Notes: generated by a model from the sequence alone, not told the origin. 60,655 bases of DNA, filler included, from Basidiobolus ranarum (GCA_040143965.1; 16 parts of 16 records of this genome joined end to end with filler, not necessarily neighbours in it); one strand, 5' to 3'; counted from the first letter of the whole stretch, positions 47,694-60,655 are shown. Made by a program: numbers and translations.

Positions 47694-48255
47694 ATGTTCT
47701 CTTTTCAGGCGTTAAAAAAGGTAAGGATAAATTGGAGAGGTCCATTGTTCTTTTCGACTTGAAGTACCAACATCAATTCAATCTTAGACTAGTTACGGTC
47801 CAATCATTCGTACATTCACCAAGGTAGGGTTGATCGTTGCATATATCTCCCAAAGCCTGGACTAACATGATCTGATAAAGGGGACCTTATCCGTGCAGAA
47901 TCGATTCGCCGACTTGGTACACTCAATTCGGGATATCTCCAAGATAGAAGAGATTAGTGTATCGAATTTAAAACATTCCTACGACCCAGAAACACTTCAG
48001 ATAATCGATGTAAGAGAGGCCTTTGAGCAAGAAGCTGGGATCATTACTAATGCAATATGTTTACCACGTGGCATACTTGAGAGAGATATTGAAAAGCAAG
48101 TGCCGATTCATAAAGAGGTAGTGGTTTATTGTGCCGGTGGATTACGATCAATACTGGCGGCAGAAAATTTGAAAAAGATGGGCTATAAGGTGAGAAGTTT
48201 GAAAGGTGGCTTTGATGAGTGGAAGGAGGATGGGGGAAGTATATCAAAACTTTAG
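47694..48255 (+). CDS. Single-domain rhodanese/sulfurtransferase with probable mitochondrial presequence, 3 exons
   Basis: Exons 47694-47720, 47788-47823 and 47881-48255. IIDVRE, PRGILE, active loop YCAGGLRS and LKGGFDEW. Confidence 0.87.
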
Positions 48256-49138
48256 TCCCTACCATTATTACTCAAAATCACGGTTCAGCTTGGATCCAAT
48301 AATAGTACTTCTATGAACAGCAAGAAGGCCAGCACATAGCCCAACTTAGCTGTCACCTTAATAAAGAGACCTCAATTATACAACTCATATTCAAACATTC
48401 AAGCAAACGATTGTCTCCTGTAACTAAGAGACTTTTAGTGCGGAAACTTGCAATGTCATGTATGGTTGTCTGTAGGAGGATGATATGATATGCTACAAAG
48501 GGGCGATGGTAATTTGAACACATTATTCCTGTGTGTATTACGGATGTTGATTTGCATATTCAGTCGACTTGAACACACTATTCGAATTAATGTGACAAGG
48601 ACTGTTTCAGGAAAAGTGAAACGAATGTTTACACGAAAACTTTAAACTTTTGAACAACATTCTATACTCTCTTTAAAAAATATCACTTTGAGACAAAGTA
48701 TGCTAGTGGGAGAGCATCTTTTCATTGGAGTTTCAAAGGTCTCAAGTTCACAAAATACACCCCGGTAATATTCTGAGAAGCATATGCATCTAAACATTTG
48801 GTTGTATTCAAACCATGTGTTAGCTGAATGCTGTTACATTATTACAAGACTCGAGTATGGATTGGCTTTCTGCAAGTAAACTAAACATAACTAACAGGGG
48901 CTCGTACCATTGGCTTTGAAACATATTCTCTTTCTCCTGCATAAGATCAACCAAAGTTGTAACTTCTTTTTGAAATTGGTGACAGCCAAATAAATGATTT
49001 TCAGATCAGCCTAATGGTAGATATAAATATTGGCATAAGCTCTTTCGATAGTGCTCAAGGAAAGAGTCCTACACATTTCTTTGACCTCTAAGGCCGCCTT
49101 CTCCTCTTTATCTTTTTCTAAACCCCATTCCACACGAG

Positions 49139-49312
49139 ATGCACGTACTATCGAGTTCCATTTTATTGTTATGCCTGTCAAGCTATTGGATTACTGAGAG
49201 AAGCGTTCAAGCTTTACCAGATCCTAGCCGTCGTTCTCTAAGAAAATGGTCTAACTCGGATGCGTTGAGTCTATGGGATTTAGAAGATGGGTTTGAGTTT
49301 GGTTCCAACAAA
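49139..49312 (+). CDS. Putative secreted protein N-terminus (3'-truncated)
   Basis: Hydrophobic signal-like MHVLSSSILLLCLSSYW..VQA|LP. TATAAAT at ~49022. Open to the contig end. Confidence 0.5.
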
Positions 49313-49412
49313 NNNNNNNNNNNNNNNNNNNNNNNNNNNNNNNNNNNNNNNNNNNNTTAATTAATTAANNNNNNNNNNNNNNNNNNNNNNNNNNNNNNNN
49401 NNNNNNNNNNNN

Positions 49413-51689
49413 AAATAGCTGACTCTTGTTACCATTCACAATGAGAATAAGCTCTTGGATTTTGGCAAATTTCCGTAAAGAATTCAGCCAATATATCCCC
49501 AACTTGCAGTCAACAAATGTCCTACCACAAGTAGATATGTCATTGCAGGAATAGATTGCCCCATAGCTAAAGCAATAATACTGCATATCTTGATCTATCT
49601 CACCAAGAAGTCTGTCTTGCAGCTTTCCTAAAAATACCATCAGATTATCACATAAGCAAATTAGTCCAATTATAGTGGTACCAACTCTGTGTCCATGGAT
49701 TAGGCTTTGTTGCTGTTATTGTGCTCAAATAATGCAAAAACCCATGAGTACATTGAAAAGAGCCCTTTGTTGGCATGTTAATATATTCTGGAGTCTCTTT
49801 AACCCATTGCATTACATCCATCACTGATTTTGCTGAAACATTGTTAATCAGATTAGCATATGCTAATACTGACAATTTCACATGGAGCACCATTTCACTG
49901 CAGGTGTGCTCCATTGGGAACTCCCAGAATGTATAGCAAGGGCCTATAATCTCTAAGCATTATGAAAGATGCAGCAGGGAATGTATTGAATACCAGCATA
50001 GATTCAGTATATCTTCTTTAAACCTGTAATAAAGTTTTTCATATCCAATTACAAAATCTTTGCACAGTCACTGTATATGCCTGAGATCTGCCAATGTGAG
50101 TTGATGCCATAACAATTTATTAACAATACCAACAAACAACTCCCAAAGTTGCCAATACTTATCAGGCAGAAATCCTTTGACAATTCCACTTGAGTATATA
50201 CAAATCCAATACTTCCAGTCTTTGCATTTGAATAAACACCTAGATGAGTGGATATTAATGGGAGTCCTGGTAAAATACGATGGTATCTTGACATTTTCAA
50301 GCATTTTCCCAATTGATTCAAACTTTGATCCTATCTCAAATGGCTCATTCATGTTGAATTTTTCACTATATAGCTGAGTAAGTAGTATTGGAATGTTATT
50401 GAATACCAAGTGCATAGTGCCTAATGGGAAGCTCTGGCTCCAGCTGATCCCCTTTAGCAATACAATCTTAGGCTTACAGCTAATACCAAGCTTGATGTTA
50501 GACTCACTATTTGGTGAATTAATATCAGTGATCATGTTGAAATCTGACCAGGCTCTTGATGGTGAAATCATGGAGTTTAGTGTTGTATTTGGATAGTACT
50601 AATGCATATGCCTGATTGAGTAAACTCCAATGATTTGAAAAATCTACAGCAAGATAGTGCATTGTGCCTGCAAACAACTCCAAGTTTATTGATGGCAGGA
50701 GTATCACCAATACCTACCATGATATTAGCTTTAACAAAATATTCACCCATCTGAACCCCATTGGATAACTGTTCAAATTCTGCAATCAAAGGCTCCAAGA
50801 AGCTATCTATAAGCACTGGTGATTTAGATACAGATATGATAGATAGTCAAAACTTTAAGATGGGGAATCAATGGTATGTAAGCCAAATATGAATGATATT
50901 TACCTGATTCAGTGATTGCCAATTGTATGCAAACAGTACATGACTTCAGGTTTTTCAGATCACTGGTCAAAGCCAAACAACCATTTGGACATGAAGGTAG
51001 TTTAATTACTGAAGGATTATAAGTCATACAAAAGACAAGTGTTTTGCACTTGTACCAGGTCTGTGGCAAGCAACAGTTGCCAATCAACTGTGGTAAAAGT
51101 GTAAGAAAACCAATCAACAACTGGTTGCTAAGATTGGATTGAACTCTCCACTCCTCAACAATCAAAGCTGCTTTCTTTACTGTAAGTGTTATGAGTGGAC
51201 TAATGTTTGCCAGTAGCAAATAGTCCTTAACAAAACTGTTGTCTTCTTCTTCAACTTCGGATATATTACCATTGGTACTGGAATAATCAAGGTCAACACC
51301 TAGCAGCAAGTCCTCAAAGTTGTCTGGACTTAATGGTTTGACCAAAGTTGCACTTTGACCTACATCATTCTGTTCATATAACTGTGGTAACTCCACAGTA
51401 TCTCAACTTTTGGAAGTGTTACCAAACTTTGAGGCAAACTACAGTCAGTGGACTCAATGGTCACAACTAAAGTTGATTTAGTATACTGATTACTATTGTT
51501 ATACACCAGGCTTTGTGCAGCTGGTGGCTTTGTACAGTGACTGTGCTTGGGGTCATTTTTTCTATGAAGCCTCCAGCTTTCATAGCACAGGAATTTGTGA
51601 CAATAATAGCAGGGCTTTTTTAAACATTGGTGTTGCAGCATGAGAAGGATATTATAGAAAAAAGAACACCTCCCACATAAGGGTGGCAT
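49413..51689 (-). mobile_element. CACTA/EnSpm (Tnp2-family) transposase, degenerate
   Basis: CPNGCLAL, GDTPAINKL...HNALSCCRF, GTMHLVFNN, FKCKDW and PCYTFWEFPME motifs in Tnp2 order. Confidence 0.85.
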
Positions 51690-51853
51690 TTTTGGTATAG
51701 CCCATCAATATCATCAGCTGATTTTGAGATAGTGTCATAGAAGAGTCATCAGGGGATTCCCAAGATATTTCTGGTAATGGGTGGCAATTTTGGTTTATTA
51801 TAAGCTGTTTCTAAGCAATTTCATTACACCAAGTTTACCATCTGAAAATTTCA

Positions 51854-53096
51854 ATGCCATTCAAGAAGCATTCAAAATCTAAGTCAAAATTGGCTTCCAA
51901 GCCAAAGCTTGCTGGCATGAAAGGAACAAAACCAGCAAGAACATAGGACTTATTTGATGAGCAGTCTAGTGATCCACTATCCACTTTGGAAGGCATTAAC
52001 ATGGTGGAAACTAACTCAAGTAATGATGAAGCATTGATCAATTTACCAGATGTGTTCCTTTCCAGCAATAGTGCAAGTGAAGAGATTGTAATCCCCCAAT
52101 TATGTAATAATTCAATAGTTGAGCAAAGTTCAACCAAAACACCATCAAGACCATCAACTTCCAAAGTGACTACTTTGCCCACTATTGAACAACCCTTGGT
52201 AGAAAATTGGGATAGAATTATTACAACAAGGGAATTGCAGGCAGAACACCATAATGATTCGTATGCAATCATAAGTAAAAGCTATGAAGTAGCTATACAG
52301 GCCATGACAAGAAGAAACGCCACAATATTGAAATTAATGCATTGTTTGGAAGCAACTAGTCAACAGTTAGAGAGTCACTTTACAATGATACAAGATCTTC
52401 AGAATTCTGTACTGGAGCTACAACAACATGCTGCTTCCTCTGTCCATTCTCATCAGGGATTTCAATCAATCCCACACCATACCTATGAATGTCACCATGC
52501 CAATCTAGCAGTGAAGAATATGTGTTGGACCATCAAGCCTACACAACAACCCAAAATTGCTTGGGCACATGAAAGTAGAAATCCCATAGGAAAACCAACC
52601 AACCAAAAGACTCTGAATGTCAGAGCTGCCATCACTTACTCTGATGATGAGTGGTTTAACATTTTGCAAACTGTGTGGAATCCTGCCTGAAATCACCTGG
52701 ATTTGAGCCAATTGTGGAAAAACCAAAAACCAGCCATTACTCTGAAGGTTCTTGACTTATTTCATGTGGCTTATCCTGGGTTTTTGCAAGCAAATGGCAA
52801 TTGGGCTAGTATAGGCCTATTCATGAAACAGCTAAAAATGTACACAATTATTGCCTTGGAAAAGAAAGAAAAGCAGCTTAAGAAGTACTGAAGGAGCAGG
52901 AAGTTAGTAAACTCAAGGGAAAAGCAAAGGAGCCAGTGAGTTTAGGCTTTAATGTCCTGCTTACCAAATCCTTCACACAATTATAAAAATCTGCATTTCC
53001 AGAGTCAGATATACTGGCAAAAAAGCTTAATTTCACCATGGAACCAGGTACACCAGTTGGAAGAGTGCCAGGTGTTGGAAGTTTATCCAACACCTG
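51854..53096 (+). mobile_element. Second ORF of the CACTA-like element (basic N-terminus, coiled coil, W-rich helical C-terminal domain), degenerate
   Basis: ATG 51854 MPFKKHSKSKSK is in frame with ORFs 51986 and 52703 across two stops. Also present at 4842-5699 and 20890-22195. Confidence 0.75.
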
Positions 53097-53633
53097 NNNN
53101 NNNNNNNNNNNNNNNNNNNNNNNNNNNNNNNNNNNNNNNNTTAATTAATTAANNNNNNNNNNNNNNNNNNNNNNNNNNNNNNNNNNNNNNNNNNNNAGTA
53201 GTAGTCGACCCACTAAAAAACCAACCCATCCTTTGTAGTTACCGCTACACTAATCCAAGATACAGTGTAAGCCTTTGAACATTAATGCGCTTCGTCTACA
53301 AAAAAAAATTACACCGCCTATTTTTTTTACATTCACTCGTCTCAGTGTTTTTGCAATCGTCCCGTATATTATATGAAGCGTCTAATTTTAGGCTAAAACA
53401 CTGTAAAACCACTATGCCTATATGTGTGTCGATTTTATCAGCAAATCATATTTAAACCTGTGCAAATATGATTAAATGTATTCAGCTTATCTCAACTAAT
53501 CCAAATCGATTAGCAAAGTTGAGTGTCCTTTTTTTTACTTTTTTTTTTCTGAGGAATTTTTTCCCAAATCCAAGTCATATTAGTAGTTTACAAGAGTCTC
53601 GGCGAAGCACGTATTGTCGGCATTCTTTAAACC

Positions 53634-54789
53634 ATGTCTCGCCCTGAACATCAAGGTCCTCCGGAATTCGTAAGTGAACAGAGACTATAGATGTGTTCTA
53701 TGCTATTGTATTTTCTTAAATAGTGTTTCTCTAGGTTTACAACGAAACTGAAGCTTCCAAGTATACTTCCAAGTACGTTTAGTTGAGTTCAGTTTGTTTT
53801 TTATGTTGAAAGAAACTCAAACAGTTTTCTTTACTTTACAGTACTCGTATCGCGGCCATTCAAGCCGAGATGGCCTTTCGTGCCCTCGAGCTCCTGAATC
53901 TTCCCGAAGATCAATCTTGTTTCTTACTAGATATCGGTTGCGGTTCAGGTCTCAGCGGTGAAATTTTGGATGAAGAAGGTCACATTTGGATAGGCTTCGA
54001 TATTGCTCCAGCTATGCTTGGTAAATACTTTAGCTATACTACGCAATGAATCCTTTTATTTACGAGACATTAATTGGTTAATGTAGATATTGCGTTGGAA
54101 CGTGAGGTTGAGGGAGATTTATTCCTTCAAGATGCCGGTGAGGGTATGGGTTTCAGACCCGGTACTTTTGATGGAGCCATGAGGTTAGTTATCTTTATAC
54201 ATGAAAGTGGTGTGACTGTATACTAAATTGGTTTACTAGTATCTCTGTGTTGCAATGGCTTTGCAATGCTGATAAGCAAATTCACAACCCAAGAGCTAGA
54301 TTGTCCCGTTTCTTCTCCACTTTATTTATGGCTTTGAAGCGTGGTGCTCGTGCCGTTTTCCAGTTTTATCCCGAGAATGATGATCAAATTGATATGATCA
54401 TGAATGCTGCCATGAAATCTGGTTTCACCGGTGGCTTGGTTATTGATTTCCCCAACAGTAAAAAGGCCAAGAAGTTCTATCTTTGTCTTTTTGCTGGTCA
54501 ATCTGCCCCTCAGGACCTTCCTAAGGCGTTAGGTGAGGAAGGTGAAGAGGCTACTGGAGTTACTTATGCTAACAAGAGGTACGTTTGAGTGAAAAATAAC
54601 CATTGTAGCATTGAATACTGATTGCCTTTATGTAGAGTCATAGAACGTCGTAAGAGCAAGGGAAGTAGACGTCCCGTCAAGGATAAGAATTGGGTGCTTT
54701 ATAAGAAGGAATTATCTAGAACACGTGGTAAAGAAAACGTCCCTCTCGACTCTAAATATACCGCAAGAAAGCGTAAGCCCAGATTCTAG
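53634..54789 (+). CDS. BUD23: 18S rRNA m7G methyltransferase Bud23/WBSCR22, 6 exons
   Basis: [42 protein letters not shown] and [13 protein letters not shown]. Confidence 0.97.
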
Positions 54790-55210
54790 AGTGTATATTT
54801 AAGTATATTTAATCAAATGTATTTTTCTATTGTTTCAATCCACTATATGATTTGTAATCATCTCTTGCTCTCGTTTATAATCTTCAATCTCCCTAACCCT
54901 TTCCTCTCCCACCTCGCAGAGAGTATTTTAAATAAATCCATTCTCATTATGTGAGGATAGACCATCTTGAACCTAACTAATGATTGTACGTTTTCTGGAT
55001 GCCTTAAATTAGTAAGGACGGAGCCGGAGAAATTTCCATTTTGAAATGAATTTTTCCGGTAGGCTGTAACCGGTTGAAATGGTATATCTAAAAGTATCTA
55101 GATTATGTAAAGTTAAAATCTACCAAATTTTCCAATTTCTTTTTATAAAGTGTCCATCTTCTCGGTATTCTGGACTTATTCACTACTATCACATAGATAT
55201 CTTTTTCAAA

Positions 55211-56146
55211 ATGACAAACACCTCACTTATCTCAGAGAACCAGGCAACCTGCGAGTTTGACGATATCTACTCTGCTTTGAAAGATTTCGGTACATCCATT
55301 TTCCTCTCTAGATTGTTACTTCCGAGCCAAATCCGCTTACTTTGATTTCTTTTAGCTGCGGGTAAATTTTTGTTGGTAGTCGATAACGAAGATCGTGAAA
55401 ATGAAGGAGACTTAATCATGGCAGCCGAGAAAATTACCACCAAAGATATGGCATTTATGATACGTTATACAAGGTAGATAGTAACTAATGGTAGGGTTTA
55501 TTTTTCGAGTTACTAAATGAATTTATTGATGTAGTGGTTATGTTTGTGTTCCTTTGACTAATGAGCGAGCAGATCAGCTTCAACTTCCTCTTATGGTAGA
55601 AAACAGCAGTGATCCTCATAAGACTGCTTACACCATAAGCGTAGATTATAGTCATAGTAAGCTTTTCGAGATTCTATTTTCTTTACAAAGTTTCATATTA
55701 AAGTAGTGTTTTGAATAGATACAACCACCGGAATATCTGCACACGACAGAGCGTTGACTGCCCGGAGCTTAGCTGATATATCTATCACCGAACCTTCCGA
55801 GTTTAATCGACCTGGACATATTCTTCCTTTACGCGCCCGAGATGGTGGTGTACTTACTCGTGTTGGACATACCGAAGCTGCAGTTGGTAAATATTCTGAA
55901 TGATTTGCATTTTCTTCCCTTCCCTTTCCTTCCCCTCCCATTGTAAACGTCATATTAATCTCATTTTTCATGGTAGATCTTTGTAAATTATCCGGATTAA
56001 GTCCAGTATCGGTTATTTGCGAACTTGTCAATGATGATGGTAGCATGGCCCGTCGAGATGATTGTAAAGCTTTCGCCATCAAGCATGATCTCAAAATGAT
56101 CACTATCGCTGATCTTATTAAGTATCGTTTAGATAATGGACTGTAG
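55211..56146 (+). CDS. RIB3: 3,4-dihydroxy-2-butanone 4-phosphate synthase, 5 exons
   Basis: [53 protein letters not shown] and [13 protein letters not shown]. Confidence 0.96.
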
Positions 56147-56979
56147 ATTCCCCACGTTTTAGAAGCAAATTACATTCAATCATCTCCCTTCCCTTTCCAT
56201 CTCTTTTCTATTTGAATACCTTTCGATGTAAAGTGGTTTGTACCATAATCTACTTTTAATCACCTACACTTGCTTGAAATAAATTGTTAATCATGGGTAG
56301 AGAAGGGTTCTTGGCTTTTGGATGGCGAGCTATGTTTTATACTAGATGGTGACGAGATTTCGATGCAAATTCCACTTTACAAATAACCAATGTCGACTCT
56401 GGTTACCTTGGTCAAATTACCAGTGTAGTATTAAAGGTAGAAATGTTACGAAAAGAACACGAAAATATGATTAAAATGACCTTTCGTAAACATATTTGGA
56501 CAAGGGATGAAAGATTCTTGAACATGGTGGAATTTCAAGTTCAAATTAATATACATGCTCCAGATATTGAAACTTAGGTCGAATGGAGATGAATTCATTC
56601 GATCTTTCGATAATCATTTACAAGAAGTAATCGGGTGCTGGCTTTTTAGAGGGGGCGTTTCGTACTTCTTGCGGTGCTGCTTCGAAAATTTTGTAGTTTT
56701 TGTTCAAATGTTCATCTAACTCTAAAATGGCCGCTACATTGCCACATCTTTGAACATTTCAATGTACAATGTTAATTAGTGGGAAACTACCAATTTCATT
56801 CAATCAAAATTACCTGTAACAATAGTTCGGAGCGGACCAAACGGTGACAATGGTATCGTTAAACATGAGTTTATACCCTNNNNNNNNNNNNNNNNNNNNN
56901 NNNNNNNNNNNNNNNNNNNNNNNTTAATTAATTAANNNNNNNNNNNNNNNNNNNNNNNNNNNNNNNNNNNNNNNNNNNN

Positions 56980-59322
56980 TCTGAATTTTTGTATTGAACA
57001 GGCTGTAGGCCTTACATCCATGACAGTAACCAAGAAATAAGCATATTGAGCTTTTGAATTCCAATCTAGAGCATTTTTGAGCTAGAATTAGGCAAGATGC
57101 TGTGTGCCCAAAGATCCAGAGAGGATCCACACTTGTTTTTGATCCATAAAAGGCCAGAAATGGAGTAGATATTTTTAGCTATCTTTTTGGGCATCTGTTT
57201 TTGAAATAAATTGCTACAGAGACATATTTGGCCCTATATTGGTAGTCTAACTTTTGATCATGTAACATTGATCTTACATCTCCACAACGGTACTATTTGC
57301 ACATTTGGCAACTCCATTTTGCTATTTAATATAAGGTTCAGTAGTGTGTTGCTAAATTCCTTGTTTAGAACTGAAACTAGCAAAATCATTGGAGCAGTAT
57401 TCTCCAGCATTATTTGAGAAAGAGCACCCAAGTATATCTTGCTTTGTCATCAATAGAGGTAATGAAGCATCTGTTGTTACCTAGCAAGATGTTTTTGATG
57501 TGGCCACATAGGTCAGAATGAATCAGGGCAAAATTCTGATTGCATTGGATCACTCCAGAGCTTGCTACTAGCTGTCTGTGCTGTTTTCCACATATGTAAC
57601 CTTCACACAGATCCAATTTATTGCTATTCTCAGTTTCTAAGCCTGAAACAAGAAGATATTGGGTCATTTGGGTCAGCTTTTTGCTCCCCAATGTGGCCTA
57701 ATCTTCTATGCTATGTTGAACATCTTATTTTACCAGTTTTAGCCAAGTTAGCATGCTCAGAATGCAATTTATTGATTTCTGGCTTGTATAAGTTATGAGT
57801 TTTGATCCCAGTAGCTAGTTTGGAATTATTCTGATCTGTGATGGTGCATCCAGCCTTGCTGATCACAAACATAGTCCTTGAGTGGTTGCTTGGCTTACAG
57901 AGAGTAGATTCATGGCTATACTTCTTACATAGAGTACATCATCCAATTTTGCAAATGGTGTAGCTGCACTTAGGTCTAAATTGAGCACAACTGTGCCCTT
58001 AACAACTGCATCTAATGCACAGTCATCACCCAAGCAGACACTCCTTTTTAGATGGGTTTCAAGCTGGAAAACCAATCTTTTTTGTTCAACATATATAGGG
58101 AAGCTTCTGAATCAATGTACCATCTTTCTGAGTGTTCCTTAGTGGTTACTGATAGGGCACACACAACCAGATAATCCCTGACAGTGATTATTTGATTTGC
58201 CTATTCCAATTTTAGCCTTTTGGCAAAAATCCTTTTTCTGCAATCTTTGATTAAGTTTCCTGGTTTCATGCAATGCTTGTAGATGATTGCTAACCTATTA
58301 GGAGTATCATTATTTAAGCCTGTTGGATGTCTTACTGCTCCAAAAAATACCTGATCTGCATTATTTTGCTCAGAATTAGATCTCCTTTGTTCCTCATCCA
58401 AAAGTCTAGCACCACTATATTGCATTGTTGAAGGCTCTGATCTTGCTTCTGGGGCAATTATGAGGTTCCCAAACTTGTTTGGCAGGCTCCCAAGTAGTGT
58501 CTTGTATGAGTCATCTTCACTTAAAGGTGTTCTAATGGATGAGAGCTGATCTACCTCAGTATTGATGCAATTTATATGATTAGCCTTAAATTCATCAGTA
58601 TTCACCTGAATCAAGAACAATTTTTACCCAAGATATTGTCTATTAGCTAGACTTTTATTCTCATGTAGTTCAGCAAGTGTTTCCCAAGCATATTGGATGT
58701 TTTTGGCCAAGTCTATGAGCCTTAAATGATAGTCTCTGAGATGTAGGCAAAGTGTAAAGAGTGTTTTCCTGTGATTCTTATGAAATGCAAGGATAGCTTC
58801 TGGTGGTCCCTTTGGCTCTATATCCACTCCAGTAACAAATCCCCAAGGGTAATTGTTTTCTAGCACCATTCACTTCTTGAACTTCCAAAAGTCAAAGTCT
58901 TCACCATCAAACCTCTCTATAAATGCAACAATATTGGTAATAGTGTTGGTGGAAATTCTTTGAACAGCTAGCTTGGGGCTTACAACCTGATAAATATGTT
59001 TAGGGGATTTGGATGTGTTTTGGACAAGATTTGTGTGTGAATTAGACACTTAAGTTTTATTGAATTGAATATGTTCTATTTATAGTTTATAATGAAGTAA
59101 GACTATTGCATGTGCTTAGATTATTACAAACATACCTGTTAAGCATGGGTGAATATTGGAAATTTGAGAAAATAGTGAAAAATGGTAAAAGTCATCTAAT
59201 TGCTATTTCTATAAATTAGAGCAATAAACACATGTTTTTGAATGACAGAAATAAGTGCTAAATAATAACAATATAAATAAACTAACTACTAAATAATGAG
59301 TTTCTATTTACCTGGTTTCAAT
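56980..59322 (-). mobile_element. Copia family B 5' half: LTR 58988-59322, degenerate PBS, gag, protease, integrase
   Basis: ERFDGEDFDFWKFK, CMKPGNLIKDC, WYIDSEAS, CEGYICGKQHR, IHSDLCG and KSSICLFLGYCHGCKAYSL. Confidence 0.92.
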
Positions 59323-59369
59323 AAACACACTATTTAGTTTGTAAACTGCAGATATTGCTATACAGACAC

Positions 59370-60600
59370 ACGCAAGCACCCAGAGCATAGTACAACAAGA
59401 TTTGAACCTACTTGGAATCACTGAAATCCATAAATGCACAGTAGATCACAGTGTTTACATGAAGCAATCACAAATAGGATGCTTATCTTGATGCTAAATG
59501 TGGATGACTTGATTATAGCCACAAATGATCTAGAAGCACTTAATCAGACAAAAAGAAGCTTATCATGCCTGTTTCACATGACTGATATGGCTGAATCAAG
59601 TTTTTTCCTTGTAAACTAAATCCAGAGAGATAAACCCAATCAGAAAGTCACACTAAATCAGTCTAGATACATCTTAGGCTTCCTAAATACTTCAACAAGG
59701 AGAATAGCAAGCCTGTATCAACATGAAGAGATCCCCATGTGTCATAATTCTGATATTAGCATACTCATCCACTGCAAATGGAACTCTGCTATTATTAGAT
59801 TCTGAAATCATATCTGCTGTGCCATCCCTTCTTCACAATCTTGTGTAAGTGCATCCAGGTTACCTTATATAGACGTTACTTTCTTTGGAAGATTCCATGA
59901 AACCAAACCATTTGTGCCACCCCATCAGTAGTATATTTCCACCATCCCACATAGTGTAGTTCCACCAAGACCTTCCATTGAAGGTCACCTGAACTTCATT
60001 ACATTATCCCCCTTTGTATTAGTCCTTTTAGTCCCCAACACCCTGCTTGACCTTATTATAGTATATTTCCTGCTCATTATATTATGATTCATCCTGCAAT
60101 ATGTATATAAGCTCCCTGTTTTCCTTGATCAGACTGAGATCTGATCAATGCCAGTTAACAATAAAGAAACTAAAGTATTTTCCCTGTCTAGTCTTGTCTT
60201 CTCTTATCATGTGGTCCACACCCAAGCGCCCTCCTGCTTTCTAGCCTCTTGTCTCTGTTTCAGTCCTTGTCTGATTCCTGATTGTGACACCATGTGAAAT
60301 CATACAGAATTTCATCTGATTGGGCCAAAAATAACTCACATCAAAGACAAGAGTCCCCTTATCAATCCATGATGGGTACTTTAATATGTACAATTGCTAG
60401 AACATGTCTAGATATTGCTGTGGCAGTGGGATCTGTCAGCCAATATCTCAAAAAACCAGAATCTGAGCACAAAACTGCAGTAAAACAAATATTCTGGTAT
60501 CTGAGAGGAACTGCAGATCTAGTTCTGGAATATCCTGACACTCCTGATGCACAAAATATTGAAGGCTATAGTGCTACAGACTGGGGAAAAAACTGTTGAA
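59370..60600 (+). mobile_element. Copia RT remnant interrupted by a solo LTR
   Basis: LNVDDLII, MTDMAE and PYQSMMGTLI. DPH|VK rejoins when 59740-60294 is removed. Confidence 0.85.
59740..60289 (+). repeat. Solo LTR (gypsy-type family D) with perfect 5-bp TSD
   Basis: TGTCA...TGACA flanked by CCATG at 59735-59739 and at 60290-60294. Confidence 0.92.
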
Positions 60601-60655
60601 GGATCTTGACATAATGGGGGTAGACTTTGTGACTTATATAGTAAAAAAGTAAATC

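Noticed and set aside
9582-48255. Apparent redox/detox gene cluster (globin, GNAT, reductase, TRR1, rhodanese)
   Set aside because: The genes are on different, arbitrarily joined contigs. Only TRR1 and the rhodanese are truly adjacent.
1-60655. CRISPR arrays, rRNA, tRNA or prokaryotic operons
   Set aside because: None seen. The sequence is eukaryotic with spliceosomal introns.

Overview
Eukaryotic, intron-rich fungal DNA. Gene content and style suggest an early-diverging fungus, possibly Basidiobolus-like, but that is inference only. The window is not a continuous locus. It is 16 unrelated ~3.7-kb contigs, sorted by decreasing length and joined by 15 identical 100-bp N44-TTAATTAATTAA-N44 linkers, so adjacency across linkers means nothing. 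About six contigs are nests of decayed, CpG-depleted transposons: three Ty1/copia LTR families with half-tRNA-iMet primer sites, a Ty3/gypsy LTR with a self-priming signature, a two-gene CACTA/EnSpm-like element, and a DDE_Tnp_4 transposase relic. The other contigs carry host genes: group-I truncated globin, PSP1-domain protein, RPL3, BTB protein, PRE3, MED9, ENA-type P-ATPase, RNA15/CSTF2, a bacterial-like GNAT, a SUT1-like sugar transporter, an F-box protein, TRR1, a rhodanese, BUD23, RIB3 and a P450-BM3-like reductase pseudogene. Best leads: (1) a non-canonical U2-like AT-AC intron inside the RNA15/CstF-64 RRM that carries synonymous echoes of the gene's own exons; (2) a likely horizontally acquired GNAT; (3) a truncated globin with an atypical distal pocket; (4) a PTS1-tagged thioredoxin reductase; (5) the divergent two-gene CACTA family and repeat-restricted CpG decay. 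All calls were made by eye from motifs; no searches were run.
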